Shown piece after piece: positions 40,193-49,697 of a DNA stretch of 64,000 nt (the first letter of the stretch is position 1; the number at the start of each line of letters is the position of its first letter). Under the pieces are notes generated by a model, which searched no databases, had not been told where the DNA came from, and saw nothing but the letters and a program-made list of their open reading frames with translations. Source of the DNA: an uncultured delta proteobacterium. GTDB taxonomy: Bacteria; Desulfobacterota; Desulfomonilia; UBA1062. The DNA lies in NCBI GenBank assembly GCA_963798485.1, contig CAWCTR010000023.1:64001-128000 (forward strand). Reading direction: 5' to 3'. The position numbers and the translations under genes are program-made.

Positions 40193-40312
40193 AACTTAAC
40201 AGACCATACCGCTAGTCCTTCATGAACACCTCATTCGCTCAAAGTTCCCCAAGACAACTGCCCTATGGTGTAGTACAAGGTATTCTTCCCTGCAAGAAGG
40301 AGGACCTGGGCC

Positions 40313-40715
40313 ATGCCGTATACCCTGATCGACCATACTGCGGATATTGGGATACGGGTGAGTGCACCCAGCATGGAAGGCCTGTTCGAAGAGGCTGCCT
40401 ATGCCCTTGCCGACATCCTGGGCGGATCGCAGTGGTGATGGCGGTGAGGAGGTTATGGTGGAGTCGCAGGGCATCGACCGGGTGGACCTGCTCGTGAGGT
40501 GGCTCCAGGAGATACTCTATCTCATTGAGGTGAAGGGTTTCAGGCTCAGTGCCGTAACCATTCAAAGGTTGACCGAAACTCTCGCGCTGGGTGTTATTCA
40601 AGGTGCATATACCGCAGAACCCCTGACAACAGAGATCAAGGCCGTCACGTATTATAACCTTGATATCACCTCTATTGACAATGTCTTCGCTGCTACCATA
40701 ATTCTCGACAAGTAA
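40313..40715 (+). pseudogene. Archease, split by a single extra base near 40420-40435
   Basis: ATG 40313 gives MPYTLIDHTADIG...LADILGGSQW* (stop 40436-38); the +1 frame continues ...LLVRWLQEILY...EIKAVTYY...ILDK. DHTAD and KAVTY are archease motifs; lies directly upstream of rtcB. Confidence 0.85.
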
Positions 40716-40730
40716 AAGGGGGACAAGGTT

Positions 40731-42173
40731 ATGACCGCCCTTAAAACGAGACGCATCGATCCCTTTCGTATCGAGATAGAAAGGTCCGGGGCCATGAGGA
40801 CAACAGGCCTTGTCTATGCAAACCACGCAATTGAACAAACCCTCGAACATGATGAGGTGCTGCAGCAGGTGGCAAATGTGGCCATGCTGCCCGGTATCAT
40901 CGGTCCTTCGCTGGCCATGCCGGACATTCATGTGGGCTATGGGTTCCCCATAGGCGGCGTAGCCGCATTCTCAAAAGAGGATGGCATCATCTCGCCCGGC
41001 GGTGTAGGCTATGACATTAACTGCGGGGTATGCTGTATGCTGACCGGCCTGAGGATCGACCAGGTAAGACCCAGACAAGAAAAGCTGCTGGCATCCCTGT
41101 TCAACAAAGTACCCTCAGGTGTGGGGTCGAACAACAAGGGCATGGCCGTGGGCAACAAGGAATTCAGACAGGTGCTTCTCCAGGGTGCGCTCTGGGCAGC
41201 GAAGATGGGCTATGTCCCTCATGACGGCCTTGATGCCCATGAAGACGGCGGCTGTATCGAGGGGGCCGACCCTGATGCCGTGTCAGGCAGGGCCATGGAG
41301 CGTGGCCGGCCCCAGTTGGGCACCCTGGGCTCGGGCAACCACTTCCTGGAGATTGATGTGGTCGATCTTATCATCGATGGCGAAAAGGCAAAACACTTCG
41401 GGCTTTTTGACGGCCAGGTGGTCGTCCAGGTGCACACGGGCTCGCGGGGCCTTGGGCACCAGGTCTGTGACGATTATGTGCACAATATGATTGCGGCATC
41501 CTCGCACCATGGCATCAGCCTGCCCGACAGACAGCTTGCATGCGCACCGGTTATGAGCAAAGAGGGCAGGGCGTATTACGGGGCAATGGCCTGTGCCGCC
41601 AACTTTGCCTTTGCCAACCGGGCACTCATCACCTTTCTCATCCGGGGAACCTTTGAGCAGGTCTTTGGGGAGTCCTTTGAAAGGCTGGGCATGCATCTGT
41701 TGTATGATTGCTGCCACAACATCGCCAAGATGGAGCGGGTCATGTGGAAAGGTTCGGAAACAGAGGTGTGCATCCATCGAAAAGGCGCCACCCGATCATT
41801 GCCGCCTGACGACAAGAGGCTGCCGCAGCGTTTCCGGAAGACCGGCCAGCCGGTGCTTGTGCCGGGCGATATGGGCAGGATGTCATTCATCCTTGCAGGG
41901 GCGAAAGGATCGTCCGAGACATTTTTCAGCGCATGCCACGGGGCGGGAAGACTGCTGTCCCGGCATGAGGCAAAGAAGCGTTCAAAGGGAAGACAGATCC
42001 TTGAAGAACTGCTCAGGAAGGACATCCATGCCCTGGTTGCCTCACGGGCCACCCTGGCGGAAGAGATCCCGGAGGCCTACAAGGATGTATCGGACGTTGT
42101 AGACACCATAACCGGCTCCGGCATTGCCACGGCAGTGGCCAGGCTCAAACCCTTTGCCCTGGTCAAGGGATAG
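40731..42173 (+). CDS. rtcB: RNA ligase RtcB
   Basis: MPDIHVGYGFPIGG, GYDINCG, GSGNHF, HTGSRG, HN, HRKGAT, HGAGR. Confidence 0.97.
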   Translation: MTALKTRRIDPFRIEIERSGAMRTTGLVYANHAIEQTLEHDEVLQQVANVAMLPGIIGPSLAMPDIHVGYGFPIGGVAAFSKEDGIISPGGVGYDINCGVCCMLTGLRIDQVRPRQEKLLASLFNKVPSGVGSNNKGMAVGNKEFRQVLLQGALWAAKMGYVPHDGLDAHEDGGCIEGADPDAVSGRAMERGRPQLGTLGSGNHFLEIDVVDLIIDGEKAKHFGLFDGQVVVQVHTGSRGLGHQVCDDYVHNMIAASSHHGISLPDRQLACAPVMSKEGRAYYGAMACAANFAFANRALITFLIRGTFEQVFGESFERLGMHLLYDCCHNIAKMERVMWKGSETEVCIHRKGATRSLPPDDKRLPQRFRKTGQPVLVPGDMGRMSFILAGAKGSSETFFSACHGAGRLLSRHEAKKRSKGRQILEELLRKDIHALVASRATLAEEIPEAYKDVSDVVDTITGSGIATAVARLKPFALVKG

Positions 42174-42174
42174 A

Positions 42175-42816
42175 TCAGGCCTCGGTTGTTTTCGCCTCTT
42201 CCGTTGCTGCAGCGGCCTCCTCTTCAGTTACAGGAGCAGCCTCTACGGTTCGTGTGGTCACAAGCGATGCAATAACCTTCTTCTCGCTCACGCCATGTCC
42301 AAGGGCCACGCCCTCGGGCAGCTTCAGGTCCGAGGCATGGATGACATCGTGCTTGTCAACTATGCCTGAGACATCCACCACGATCTCAGATGGGATATCC
42401 GCGGGGGAACACTTGAGGTGGATGGATGTTTCCTCGTGGGTAACCTTGCCCTTGCCTTCCTTCTCACCTGGAGAGACGCCGACGAAAACCAGCGGTACAT
42501 CCACCGTGACCTGCCGATTGGCCTCGACCTTCAGAAATTCTACATGGATGGCCCCACCCCTGAGCTTATCCCTATGGACAGCATGGATGAGCACCTGGAT
42601 GGTCTTGCCATCAAGCTCCAGGTTCACCAGTGATGTCCCATGGGCCTTTTTATAAAGCTGCTCGAATGTCCGTTCCTCAACCTGGACATGAATGGGCTCG
42701 AAATCCTTCCCATGAATGATGCCGGGTATGACGCCTTGTCTGCGAAGCTTGCTTACCTTCTTCTTTCTCAGTTCGCGCCCGCTGATTTCAAGGGTGAGCA
42801 TCTGTTTTGCCGTCAT
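42175..42816 (-). CDS. rplY: 50S ribosomal protein L25/Ctc
   Basis: LRRQGVIPGIIHG, HVEF, C-terminal Ctc domain and acidic tail. Confidence 0.92.
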   Translation of the reverse strand: MTAKQMLTLEISGRELRKKKVSKLRRQGVIPGIIHGKDFEPIHVQVEERTFEQLYKKAHGTSLVNLELDGKTIQVLIHAVHRDKLRGGAIHVEFLKVEANRQVTVDVPLVFVGVSPGEKEGKGKVTHEETSIHLKCSPADIPSEIVVDVSGIVDKHDVIHASDLKLPEGVALGHGVSEKKVIASLVTTRTVEAAPVTEEEAAAATEEAKTTEA

Positions 42817-42944
42817 ACTATCTCCTCCGCTATTTAAAATAGAGACTCTCTATACTGGGAAGCCTAGGATCAAGTCAATGGGGAAGTCCGTAGCACAAAA
42901 AAATATTTGAGGGGGTACACCGTTATCAGGCACTGATTGTCCCC

Positions 42945-42972
42945 TTGACATCGGTTACCCTTTGGGCATAAT
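42945..42972 (+). promoter_or_regulatory. sigma70 promoter of greA
   Basis: TTGACA-N16-CATAAT. Confidence 0.7.
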
Positions 42973-42983
42973 GGTGCCTTCTT

Positions 42984-43022
42984 GATACTGGTAGGTCCAC
43001 TACCGGTATCTTTTCATTTTTT
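42984..43022 (+). terminator. Intrinsic terminator in the greA 5' leader
   Basis: GATACTGGTAG-gtcca-CTACCGGTATC followed by TTTTCATTTTTT, between the promoter and the SD. Confidence 0.7.
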
Positions 43023-43035
43023 AGAAGGACCTGCT

Positions 43036-43509
43036 ATGAAACGAAGTCCCATAACAAAAGAAGGCTATGCAGCGCTCAGGGAAGAGCTTGCTCGGTTGAA
43101 AAAACACGAGCGGCCGAAGATCATCGCGGCCATCGAAGAGGCCAGGGGGCATGGGGATCTTTCTGAGAATGCCGAATATATCTATGCCAAGGAGCGGCAG
43201 GCCTTCATCGAGGCCCGGATGCAGGATCTGGAAAACAAGCTTGGCAATGCAGAGATAATAGACACCTCCAAACTGCCCACAGACCGTATTGTTTTCGGGT
43301 CCAAGTTCATGCTGAGCAATATGGATACCGACGAAGAGTTCTGTTACCAGATCGTAGGCGTGGACGAATCCGACATCAACAAGGGCAAGATATCCGTGGA
43401 ATCACCCATGGCCAAGGCCCTCATCGGCAAGAGGATTTCAGACGAGATCGTCGTAGACACCCCGAACGGCAAGCGGGAATTCGAGATACTCGATATCGTC
43501 AGTATTTAA
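43036..43509 (+). CDS. greA: Transcription elongation factor GreA
   Basis: HGDLSENAEY, ISVESPMAKALIGK. Confidence 0.96.
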   Translation: MKRSPITKEGYAALREELARLKKHERPKIIAAIEEARGHGDLSENAEYIYAKERQAFIEARMQDLENKLGNAEIIDTSKLPTDRIVFGSKFMLSNMDTDEEFCYQIVGVDESDINKGKISVESPMAKALIGKRISDEIVVDTPNGKREFEILDIVSI

Positions 43510-43623
43510 AACGGCAAACAACACATCTTCCTCATACCTTCGCCCCGTTACCAAGATAAAAAGATAAAAAAAGTTTGGTTATCTATTTGAGTATCGCCAC
43601 CGAACTATATTATGATGCGCAGT

Positions 43624-44988
43624 ATGAAGAGACCGCTTATTACAATCCTCGTATGTTCTTTCTTTCTCATGGGTGCAATCAGCCGGGCAGCGACTACCTA
43701 TACGGTCCAAAGCGGGGATACCCTCTCCAAGATCGCTGCCAGGTACATGCCGTATACCGCTGCCTATACGAAGAAGGAGCTTATAAACAACATCAAGGAG
43801 ATCAACAAGATTGACGGCCCCCTCTCGCTGGGTCAGACATTGAGCATACCGGTTCTCTGGGACCAGCCGCTTAAACCAAAGACCATAACGAAACCTAAGG
43901 TCTTCGTAGCCAAGGGCCTCTATATGAATACGTCCTCGGCAGGCACACGGTTCATCCTCGATTCTGCCGCCAAACTCAAAAAATTTGGCGGGAATACACT
44001 CGTTTTCGACGCCAAGGATGATATGGGCGCCATCACCTTTCCCAGTTCCATACGGGCGAAGTATTGCCCGGGCGAGAAGTATACACCGAACATAGAAGAG
44101 CTGCCCAAGATGATCGAATACCTTCATCGCTCAGGGATTCATGTGGTGGCCCGGGTGGTGATGTTCAGAGACCCGATTATGTCTAAGGTTAAACCGGCTT
44201 GGTGTATAAACAAGGAAAAGCAATGGCTTGACCCTGGAAACCCGGAGGTACAGGAATATCTCCTGACCGTGGTGAAGGAACTTTCGAACAGCGGCCTGGA
44301 TGAGATCCAGCTGGATTATTTCCGCTATTTTGCAGATGGAAAGACCACTACGGGCAAGGAAGGCGTTCAGCGGACGGAAGTAATCGCAGCTTTTTTAAAG
44401 AAACTGCACGATGTTGCCGAGCCAAGGGGCATTCTTTTATCCATGGACATGTTCGGGATCGTGATCTGGCAGAAGGATGAGGATGTGCTCGTGGTAGGCC
44501 AGGATGTGACAAAGATGAAGCCATATGTGGACATCATCTCGCCCATGCTCTACCCCTCGCATTTCAGCTCCGGTTTCGCAGGGGTGAAGAACCCCGCCGA
44601 TGATCCCTATCGCTTTATATTCAGCGGTGTAAAAAGGATGAAGGAGCTTGTGGGCGATGAGGTGGTCATCCGACCATGGCTCCAGTCATTTCCGCTGCGA
44701 GTGACAAGGGGGTTCGGTCCGAAATACATCCGCACCCAGATTATTGCAGCCAATGATGCCGGGGGGACGGGATGGCTGCTGTGGAGCCCGGGGAATCACT
44801 ACACCGACTCCTATGCGGCCATGCAGAATATCCCGAAGCCGAAGCCTATGGCCCATGATGCAGCTGCTGGAACAAAGACGAAGGAACCTAAACAGCCGGC
44901 TCCTGCAAAGAATTCCTTACCATCAGGCCAGCCGGTCGGGGTGGACCAGCAGCCGGGGACAGGGCCAAGGTCCGGAGCGAAGATCTGA
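43624..44988 (+). CDS. Secreted LysM + DUF4015-type putative glycoside hydrolase
   Basis: Signal peptide, YTVQSGDTLSKIA LysM, DEIQLDYFR, SPMLYPSH, RPWLQSF. Confidence 0.82.
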   Translation: MKRPLITILVCSFFLMGAISRAATTYTVQSGDTLSKIAARYMPYTAAYTKKELINNIKEINKIDGPLSLGQTLSIPVLWDQPLKPKTITKPKVFVAKGLYMNTSSAGTRFILDSAAKLKKFGGNTLVFDAKDDMGAITFPSSIRAKYCPGEKYTPNIEELPKMIEYLHRSGIHVVARVVMFRDPIMSKVKPAWCINKEKQWLDPGNPEVQEYLLTVVKELSNSGLDEIQLDYFRYFADGKTTTGKEGVQRTEVIAAFLKKLHDVAEPRGILLSMDMFGIVIWQKDEDVLVVGQDVTKMKPYVDIISPMLYPSHFSSGFAGVKNPADDPYRFIFSGVKRMKELVGDEVVIRPWLQSFPLRVTRGFGPKYIRTQIIAANDAGGTGWLLWSPGNHYTDSYAAMQNIPKPKPMAHDAAAGTKTKEPKQPAPAKNSLPSGQPVGVDQQPGTGPRSGAKI

Positions 44989-45064
44989 TCCCCGGTTATT
45001 TGTATTCTCTTTTTTATGCATGTTCCCGTATGAGTTTATACAGCTCAAAGAAGGAGCTTTTCAC

Positions 45065-46372
45065 ATGGAAACGGTTCTTCTCTTTATACTGATTGTATTG
45101 TCAGTTGGTTCAATTGCACTTATCTTCATAACAAGAAAGTCGGCAATCCAAACAGGGCACCTTGATCAAGCGCTGCGTGATGAATTCCGTATAGTGCGAG
45201 AAGAGACGGCGAAGGCTTCACGGGAGCTGCGTGAAGAAATGTCCATGGTTCAGAAGACATATTCGGAAACGCTCGTGAACACGATTCGTGAAATGGGAAG
45301 GTCGCAAATTGAAAATCAGGGACAAGTGGCAAAACGGATCAAGGAATTAACAGAGTCGAATGAGATACGTATGGAGAGCGTTCGCGGTATCATTGACAAC
45401 CAGCTCAAAAGTATTCAGGAAAGCAATGAAAAAAGGCTTGATCAGATGCGGCAGACCGTTGATGAGAAGCTGCACAGCACGCTTGAGAAGCGATTGGGTG
45501 AGTCGTTCAAGCTGGTGAGCGACCGCCTTGAGGCGGTCCAACGCGGTCTTGGAGAAATGCAGAACCTGGCAACCGGGGTAGGAGACCTGAAACGGGTCCT
45601 CACCAATGTCAAGGTGCGGGGCACGTGGGCAGAGGTTCAGCTGGGCGCGCTCTTGGAGCAGATACTTACCCCTGAACAATATGCAAAAAATGTGCAGGTA
45701 AAAGAATACTCCCGTGAAATCATCGAATATGCCATCCGTCTGCCCGGAACAGACGACAGCCCGGAATCACATGTATGGCTGCCCTTAGACTCAAAGTTTC
45801 CCCAAGAGGACTATATACGCCTTGTTGAAGCCTCGGATATGGGTGATACGGAGGCTGTTCAAAAGGCAACGGCTAATTTATTAAGGGCCGTCCAGGCATC
45901 TGCCAAGGATATCAGCAGCAAGTATATCGACCCACCGAGGACCACGGATTTCGCCATTATGTTCCTCCCCACTGAAGGCCTTTATGCCGAGGTCCTCCGC
46001 CAGCCCGGCCAGGTCGAAGAGATGCAGAGCAAATATCGGGTTGTCATTGCAGGCCCGACTACATTGGCTGCGATCCTCAGCAGTCTCCGCATGGGTTTCC
46101 AGACCCTGGCCCTTGCAAAACGCTCACACGAGGTGTGGTCGATCCTTGCTGCGGTAAAGACTGAATTCTCCAAATTCGGAGATGTTCTTTCAAAGGTAAA
46201 GAAGCAGTTGCACACAGCATCTCAAACCATTGAACTCACAGAAATCCGGACAAAGGCAATGGCGCGAAAGCTCCGCGATGTGGAACAGTTACCGGAAGCT
46301 GAGTCGATCACCGTGTTGGGTATCAGTAAAACAGAAACAGAAACAGAAGATCTCCTGACCGAGGAACCTTAA
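45065..46372 (+). CDS. rmuC: DNA recombination protein RmuC
   Basis: N-terminal TM, RGTWAEVQL, LPLDSKFP, TTDFAIMFLPTEGLYAE. Confidence 0.93.
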   Translation: METVLLFILIVLSVGSIALIFITRKSAIQTGHLDQALRDEFRIVREETAKASRELREEMSMVQKTYSETLVNTIREMGRSQIENQGQVAKRIKELTESNEIRMESVRGIIDNQLKSIQESNEKRLDQMRQTVDEKLHSTLEKRLGESFKLVSDRLEAVQRGLGEMQNLATGVGDLKRVLTNVKVRGTWAEVQLGALLEQILTPEQYAKNVQVKEYSREIIEYAIRLPGTDDSPESHVWLPLDSKFPQEDYIRLVEASDMGDTEAVQKATANLLRAVQASAKDISSKYIDPPRTTDFAIMFLPTEGLYAEVLRQPGQVEEMQSKYRVVIAGPTTLAAILSSLRMGFQTLALAKRSHEVWSILAAVKTEFSKFGDVLSKVKKQLHTASQTIELTEIRTKAMARKLRDVEQLPEAESITVLGISKTETETEDLLTEEP

Positions 46373-46539
46373 AGGCCAGTCCTTTTAAAGGAGAAACTTT
46401 ACTATCAGAAAACGGAAACTTCCCTTTTTTTGTTTAGGCCTGTTTTATTTGAGGTTCCATCTATACATGCGGGTTTTATTTGTGTAAAATACTGGTTAAG
46501 TGGGAGTTATGCAGTTTCAAACATACATGAAATGGAGGT

Positions 46540-46980
46540 ATGGTTCTGGTGAAGACATTTAAAGAACTTCGGAAATCAAAGGGATTCACCATGGGCAGGC
46601 TGGCTGAGCTCAGCGGCGTATCGGCAAAGACTGTATCCGTCTACGAGCAGGAACCGCCTGCACGGCCTAGCAGAAAGGTAGTAGGCAAGCTCTCGGAAGC
46701 TCTCAAGATCAAACCCGAAGAGCTTATTGCATGCATGTATCCCGCAAAGAAGGGCGCCGGGGCGCGCGGAGGTGAGAGCACTGAAGGCAACATCATGCTG
46801 GAAGAGATGCATGTGAACAGGCTCGTCAGGCTCATTGATAAAGAGCTCGAAGAACTCCGTTACATACTTCTGGAAGGTGTTGAGCTCACCGAGGATTATC
46901 CCTCCATCGGCAAATGCATGGACATGGTCGGCTCCGACATTGAGCTGCTCTCCGAGATCAAGGGTCGTTTTCTGGGGTAA
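46540..46980 (+). CDS. XRE-family HTH transcriptional regulator
   Basis: LRKSKGFTMGRLAELSGVSAKTVSVYE HTH plus a helical C-terminal domain. Confidence 0.8.
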   Translation: MVLVKTFKELRKSKGFTMGRLAELSGVSAKTVSVYEQEPPARPSRKVVGKLSEALKIKPEELIACMYPAKKGAGARGGESTEGNIMLEEMHVNRLVRLIDKELEELRYILLEGVELTEDYPSIGKCMDMVGSDIELLSEIKGRFLG

Positions 46981-47046
46981 TTGAGGAAGTGATTGATATA
47001 TTGTTTCAGACGGGACGACTATCGGAAGATCATATAAAGAGCCTAG

Positions 47047-47706
47047 ATGATCATCCTTGATAATGTCACAAAGATCTATCACGACACCGTCTATGCGCTC
47101 AGGGATATATCCCTGAACATTGGAAAAGGTGACCTGTGTTTCATCGTCGGGCCATCCGGCGCAGGCAAGACCACGCTTTTGAAGCTCATGTTCGGCATGG
47201 AGACCCCGTCACGGGGCACTGTCTCCATATTCGACCGGAATCTTGCGGGACTCAGTGCATCCAGTATCCAGGCCATCAGGCGCCATACAGGGTTTGTATT
47301 TCAGGACTTCAGGCTCATAGAAGACTGGACTGTATATAACAACGCCTCCATCATCCTCGAAATCCTGGGCCAGCCGGCTGTATATGTCAGGGGAAGGGTG
47401 TGGAGGATGCTCAAATGGGTCGGGCTCCAGCACAAGGTTTATGAGCGGGCCAGGGACCTTTCAGGCGGCGAGAGACAACGCCTTGCCCTTGTACGTGCAA
47501 TGATCCATGATCCCGACATCCTCCTGGCGGATGAACCTGTGGGGAACCTTGATGAATCCATGGCCAGGTACATGATGGATGTGTTCATGAAGCTCAATAA
47601 GAAGGGGACAACCATCATCATAGCGAGCCATCGAAGCGACCCGCTGATGGATCATGCAAAGATCATCCACATGGAACGCGGCGGCATTGCGGGTGAGGGC
47701 AGGTAA
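47047..47706 (+). CDS. ftsE: Cell division ATP-binding protein FtsE
   Basis: GPSGAGKT, VFQDFRL, LSGGE, LADEPVGNLD; followed by ftsX. Confidence 0.9.
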   Translation: MIILDNVTKIYHDTVYALRDISLNIGKGDLCFIVGPSGAGKTTLLKLMFGMETPSRGTVSIFDRNLAGLSASSIQAIRRHTGFVFQDFRLIEDWTVYNNASIILEILGQPAVYVRGRVWRMLKWVGLQHKVYERARDLSGGERQRLALVRAMIHDPDILLADEPVGNLDESMARYMMDVFMKLNKKGTTIIIASHRSDPLMDHAKIIHMERGGIAGEGR

Positions 47707-48576
47707 TTGATCCGGTCTTATTACATCCTCAAACTCATCATGCGGGGCCTGCGCCAGCGGCCATGGGGCAGCCTTCTGACGCTGGTATCCTGCTGGTTCG
47801 CCCTGTGCCAGCTCTCGTTTGTGTTTTATACGGTTAATGTGGCCGACAGGATAAGCACCATGCCTGCCACCTCGGGGTCCATAATCGCCTACCTGAAAGA
47901 CTCCACCTCACAACCCCGCATCACTGAGATGGAGAAGGCGCTGCATGCAATGGCTGCGGTCTCAAAGGTGCTCTACATTCCCCGACAGTCCGGCCTGGAC
48001 AAGATGAAACAGTGGCTCGGGCAACAGAGCCCTTTAGTGGAAGGCGTGGACCCGCGGATATTGCCTGATGCCTTTGAGATTACCCTCAAGCGCGAGTATG
48101 CGGACAAGGTTGCCGCGATTGCACTCTCAGTCAGTAAAATAGCAGGTGTGGATGATGTCCGCTATCGCAAGGGCCTCATCGGCTCTATTGCCGGCTCCTT
48201 CTCCCGGATTGTTTTCGGTGCGTCCGTACTGGGCTCAATTGTGGTGATCTGCCTGGCGCTTGTAATCTTCCTTTCCATCCGGGTAGGAATTGTCTCCAGG
48301 AAGCAGGAGATAGAGGTCATGGGCATGCTCGGCGCCAACTATCTCTTCATCTATGCACCCTACCTGATCGAGGCCGGGACGTACGGGTTTCTCGGGTCCA
48401 TCGCCGCACTTGCAACAACGGGAATAGGGATTACCTATCTGCAGATCCACTTCACTTCACTGCAGGCATTTTTACGGCCTATGGACACCCACCAGGCGGC
48501 CATGGTAGTATTTTTTGCCTGTTTCTCCAGTATCTTAGCTGCGCTATTAGCCATTAAGAGGAGTATCGATGCCTAG
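47707..48576 (+). CDS. ftsX: Cell division permease FtsX
   Basis: TM1 + periplasmic loop (LPDAFEI), RKQEIEVMGMLGA..FI.APYLIE. Confidence 0.88.
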   Translation: MIRSYYILKLIMRGLRQRPWGSLLTLVSCWFALCQLSFVFYTVNVADRISTMPATSGSIIAYLKDSTSQPRITEMEKALHAMAAVSKVLYIPRQSGLDKMKQWLGQQSPLVEGVDPRILPDAFEITLKREYADKVAAIALSVSKIAGVDDVRYRKGLIGSIAGSFSRIVFGASVLGSIVVICLALVIFLSIRVGIVSRKQEIEVMGMLGANYLFIYAPYLIEAGTYGFLGSIAALATTGIGITYLQIHFTSLQAFLRPMDTHQAAMVVFFACFSSILAALLAIKRSIDA

Positions 48577-49624
48577 GAAGCTCCTCATGGCGCTTCTTAT
48601 TCTGGTGCTCTTTTACCCCCCGTTGTTTGCAAAAAACGAATCGAGCCGTTTGAAGGAGTTGGGTAAAAAGGTCCATGCCATTGATCTCAAACGCCGTTCA
48701 GAGGAGCAAAGGGTTCAGGATATTGACAAAAATATCTCTGCCATGCAGGGCGAGATAGCCTCTGTCAGGAATGAAGCCGTTCTCATCAATGAGAAGATCA
48801 AGGAGCTAAGGGCGCAGATTGCGTATTACCAGCGTGCCTTGGCCGAGTCTCAGGGAATGTTGAGACGGAAGTGGGTTGCCCTGTACAAAGGGGCATATCT
48901 CGATATGGCGGACATAGTATATACCCATGCCGAGTATTCGGGATACATTGATGCGATCATCTCCAAGAACAAGGATGAACTCATGGGTTACCGCAAGACA
49001 CGCGAGCAGCTCTCTGATTCCAAAGTACGCCTCGATAATGCATCCAAGGCCCAGAGGGATAACTTGAACATGCTCCAGGGGAAGGTCGGTTCGCTGAATA
49101 GCGAGCGGGAGAAAAAGTCTGTTTTACTGGCCTCGCTCCGAAAAGAAAAACAGTCCTATCAGGAAGAGATACAGCGTCTCCTCAAGGAATTACAGGCCCG
49201 TAAGACCAATGCCCCCAACAGGGGCATGGCCAAAAAGATGGGAGATCTGCCCTGGCCAGTGGCAGGCAGGATTGTGCGGGGCTTTGGGATATCAAGGGAG
49301 AAGGGATATGCCATCATATCCCACGGTGTGGACATAGAGGCCGATGAGGGGGCGCCGGTTAAGACAATCCATGCCGGCAAGATCGTGTTTTACAATTGGG
49401 TCACAAACTTCGGCAATACCATGATCATCGATCATGGAGGGGGATTGTATTCCGTCTATGGACATCTCCAGAAGTCCTTAAAATCTCCGGGAGAGTCAGT
49501 GGAGTCACGGGAGGATGTCGCACTGGTGGGTCAGAGCGGGGATGTGTTGCGGCCGACCCTGCATTTTGAAATACGCTATAATGATAAACCCCAGGACCCG
49601 GCCAAATGGCTCTCAAGGAAATAG
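48569..49624 (+). CDS. envC: Murein hydrolase activator EnvC (coiled coil + M23)
   Basis: LPWPVAG, GVDI, IIDHG, LHFEIR; ftsEX context. Confidence 0.88.
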   Translation: MPRKLLMALLILVLFYPPLFAKNESSRLKELGKKVHAIDLKRRSEEQRVQDIDKNISAMQGEIASVRNEAVLINEKIKELRAQIAYYQRALAESQGMLRRKWVALYKGAYLDMADIVYTHAEYSGYIDAIISKNKDELMGYRKTREQLSDSKVRLDNASKAQRDNLNMLQGKVGSLNSEREKKSVLLASLRKEKQSYQEEIQRLLKELQARKTNAPNRGMAKKMGDLPWPVAGRIVRGFGISREKGYAIISHGVDIEADEGAPVKTIHAGKIVFYNWVTNFGNTMIIDHGGGLYSVYGHLQKSLKSPGESVESREDVALVGQSGDVLRPTLHFEIRYNDKPQDPAKWLSRK

Positions 49625-49697
49625 TGGATATTTTAACCTCACGAAAGATATGCTATATGACGATCCTGTAACAGAACATTCACCAGAGAGGGAAGGT

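Noticed and set aside
40436-40438. Selenocysteine or readthrough at the archease TGA
   Set aside because: The same frame hits another stop within three codons; homology continues in a different frame.
46331-46348. (ACAGAA)3 in the rmuC tail as a phase-variation tract
   Set aside because: Short, in-frame hexamer in a low-complexity C-terminus.
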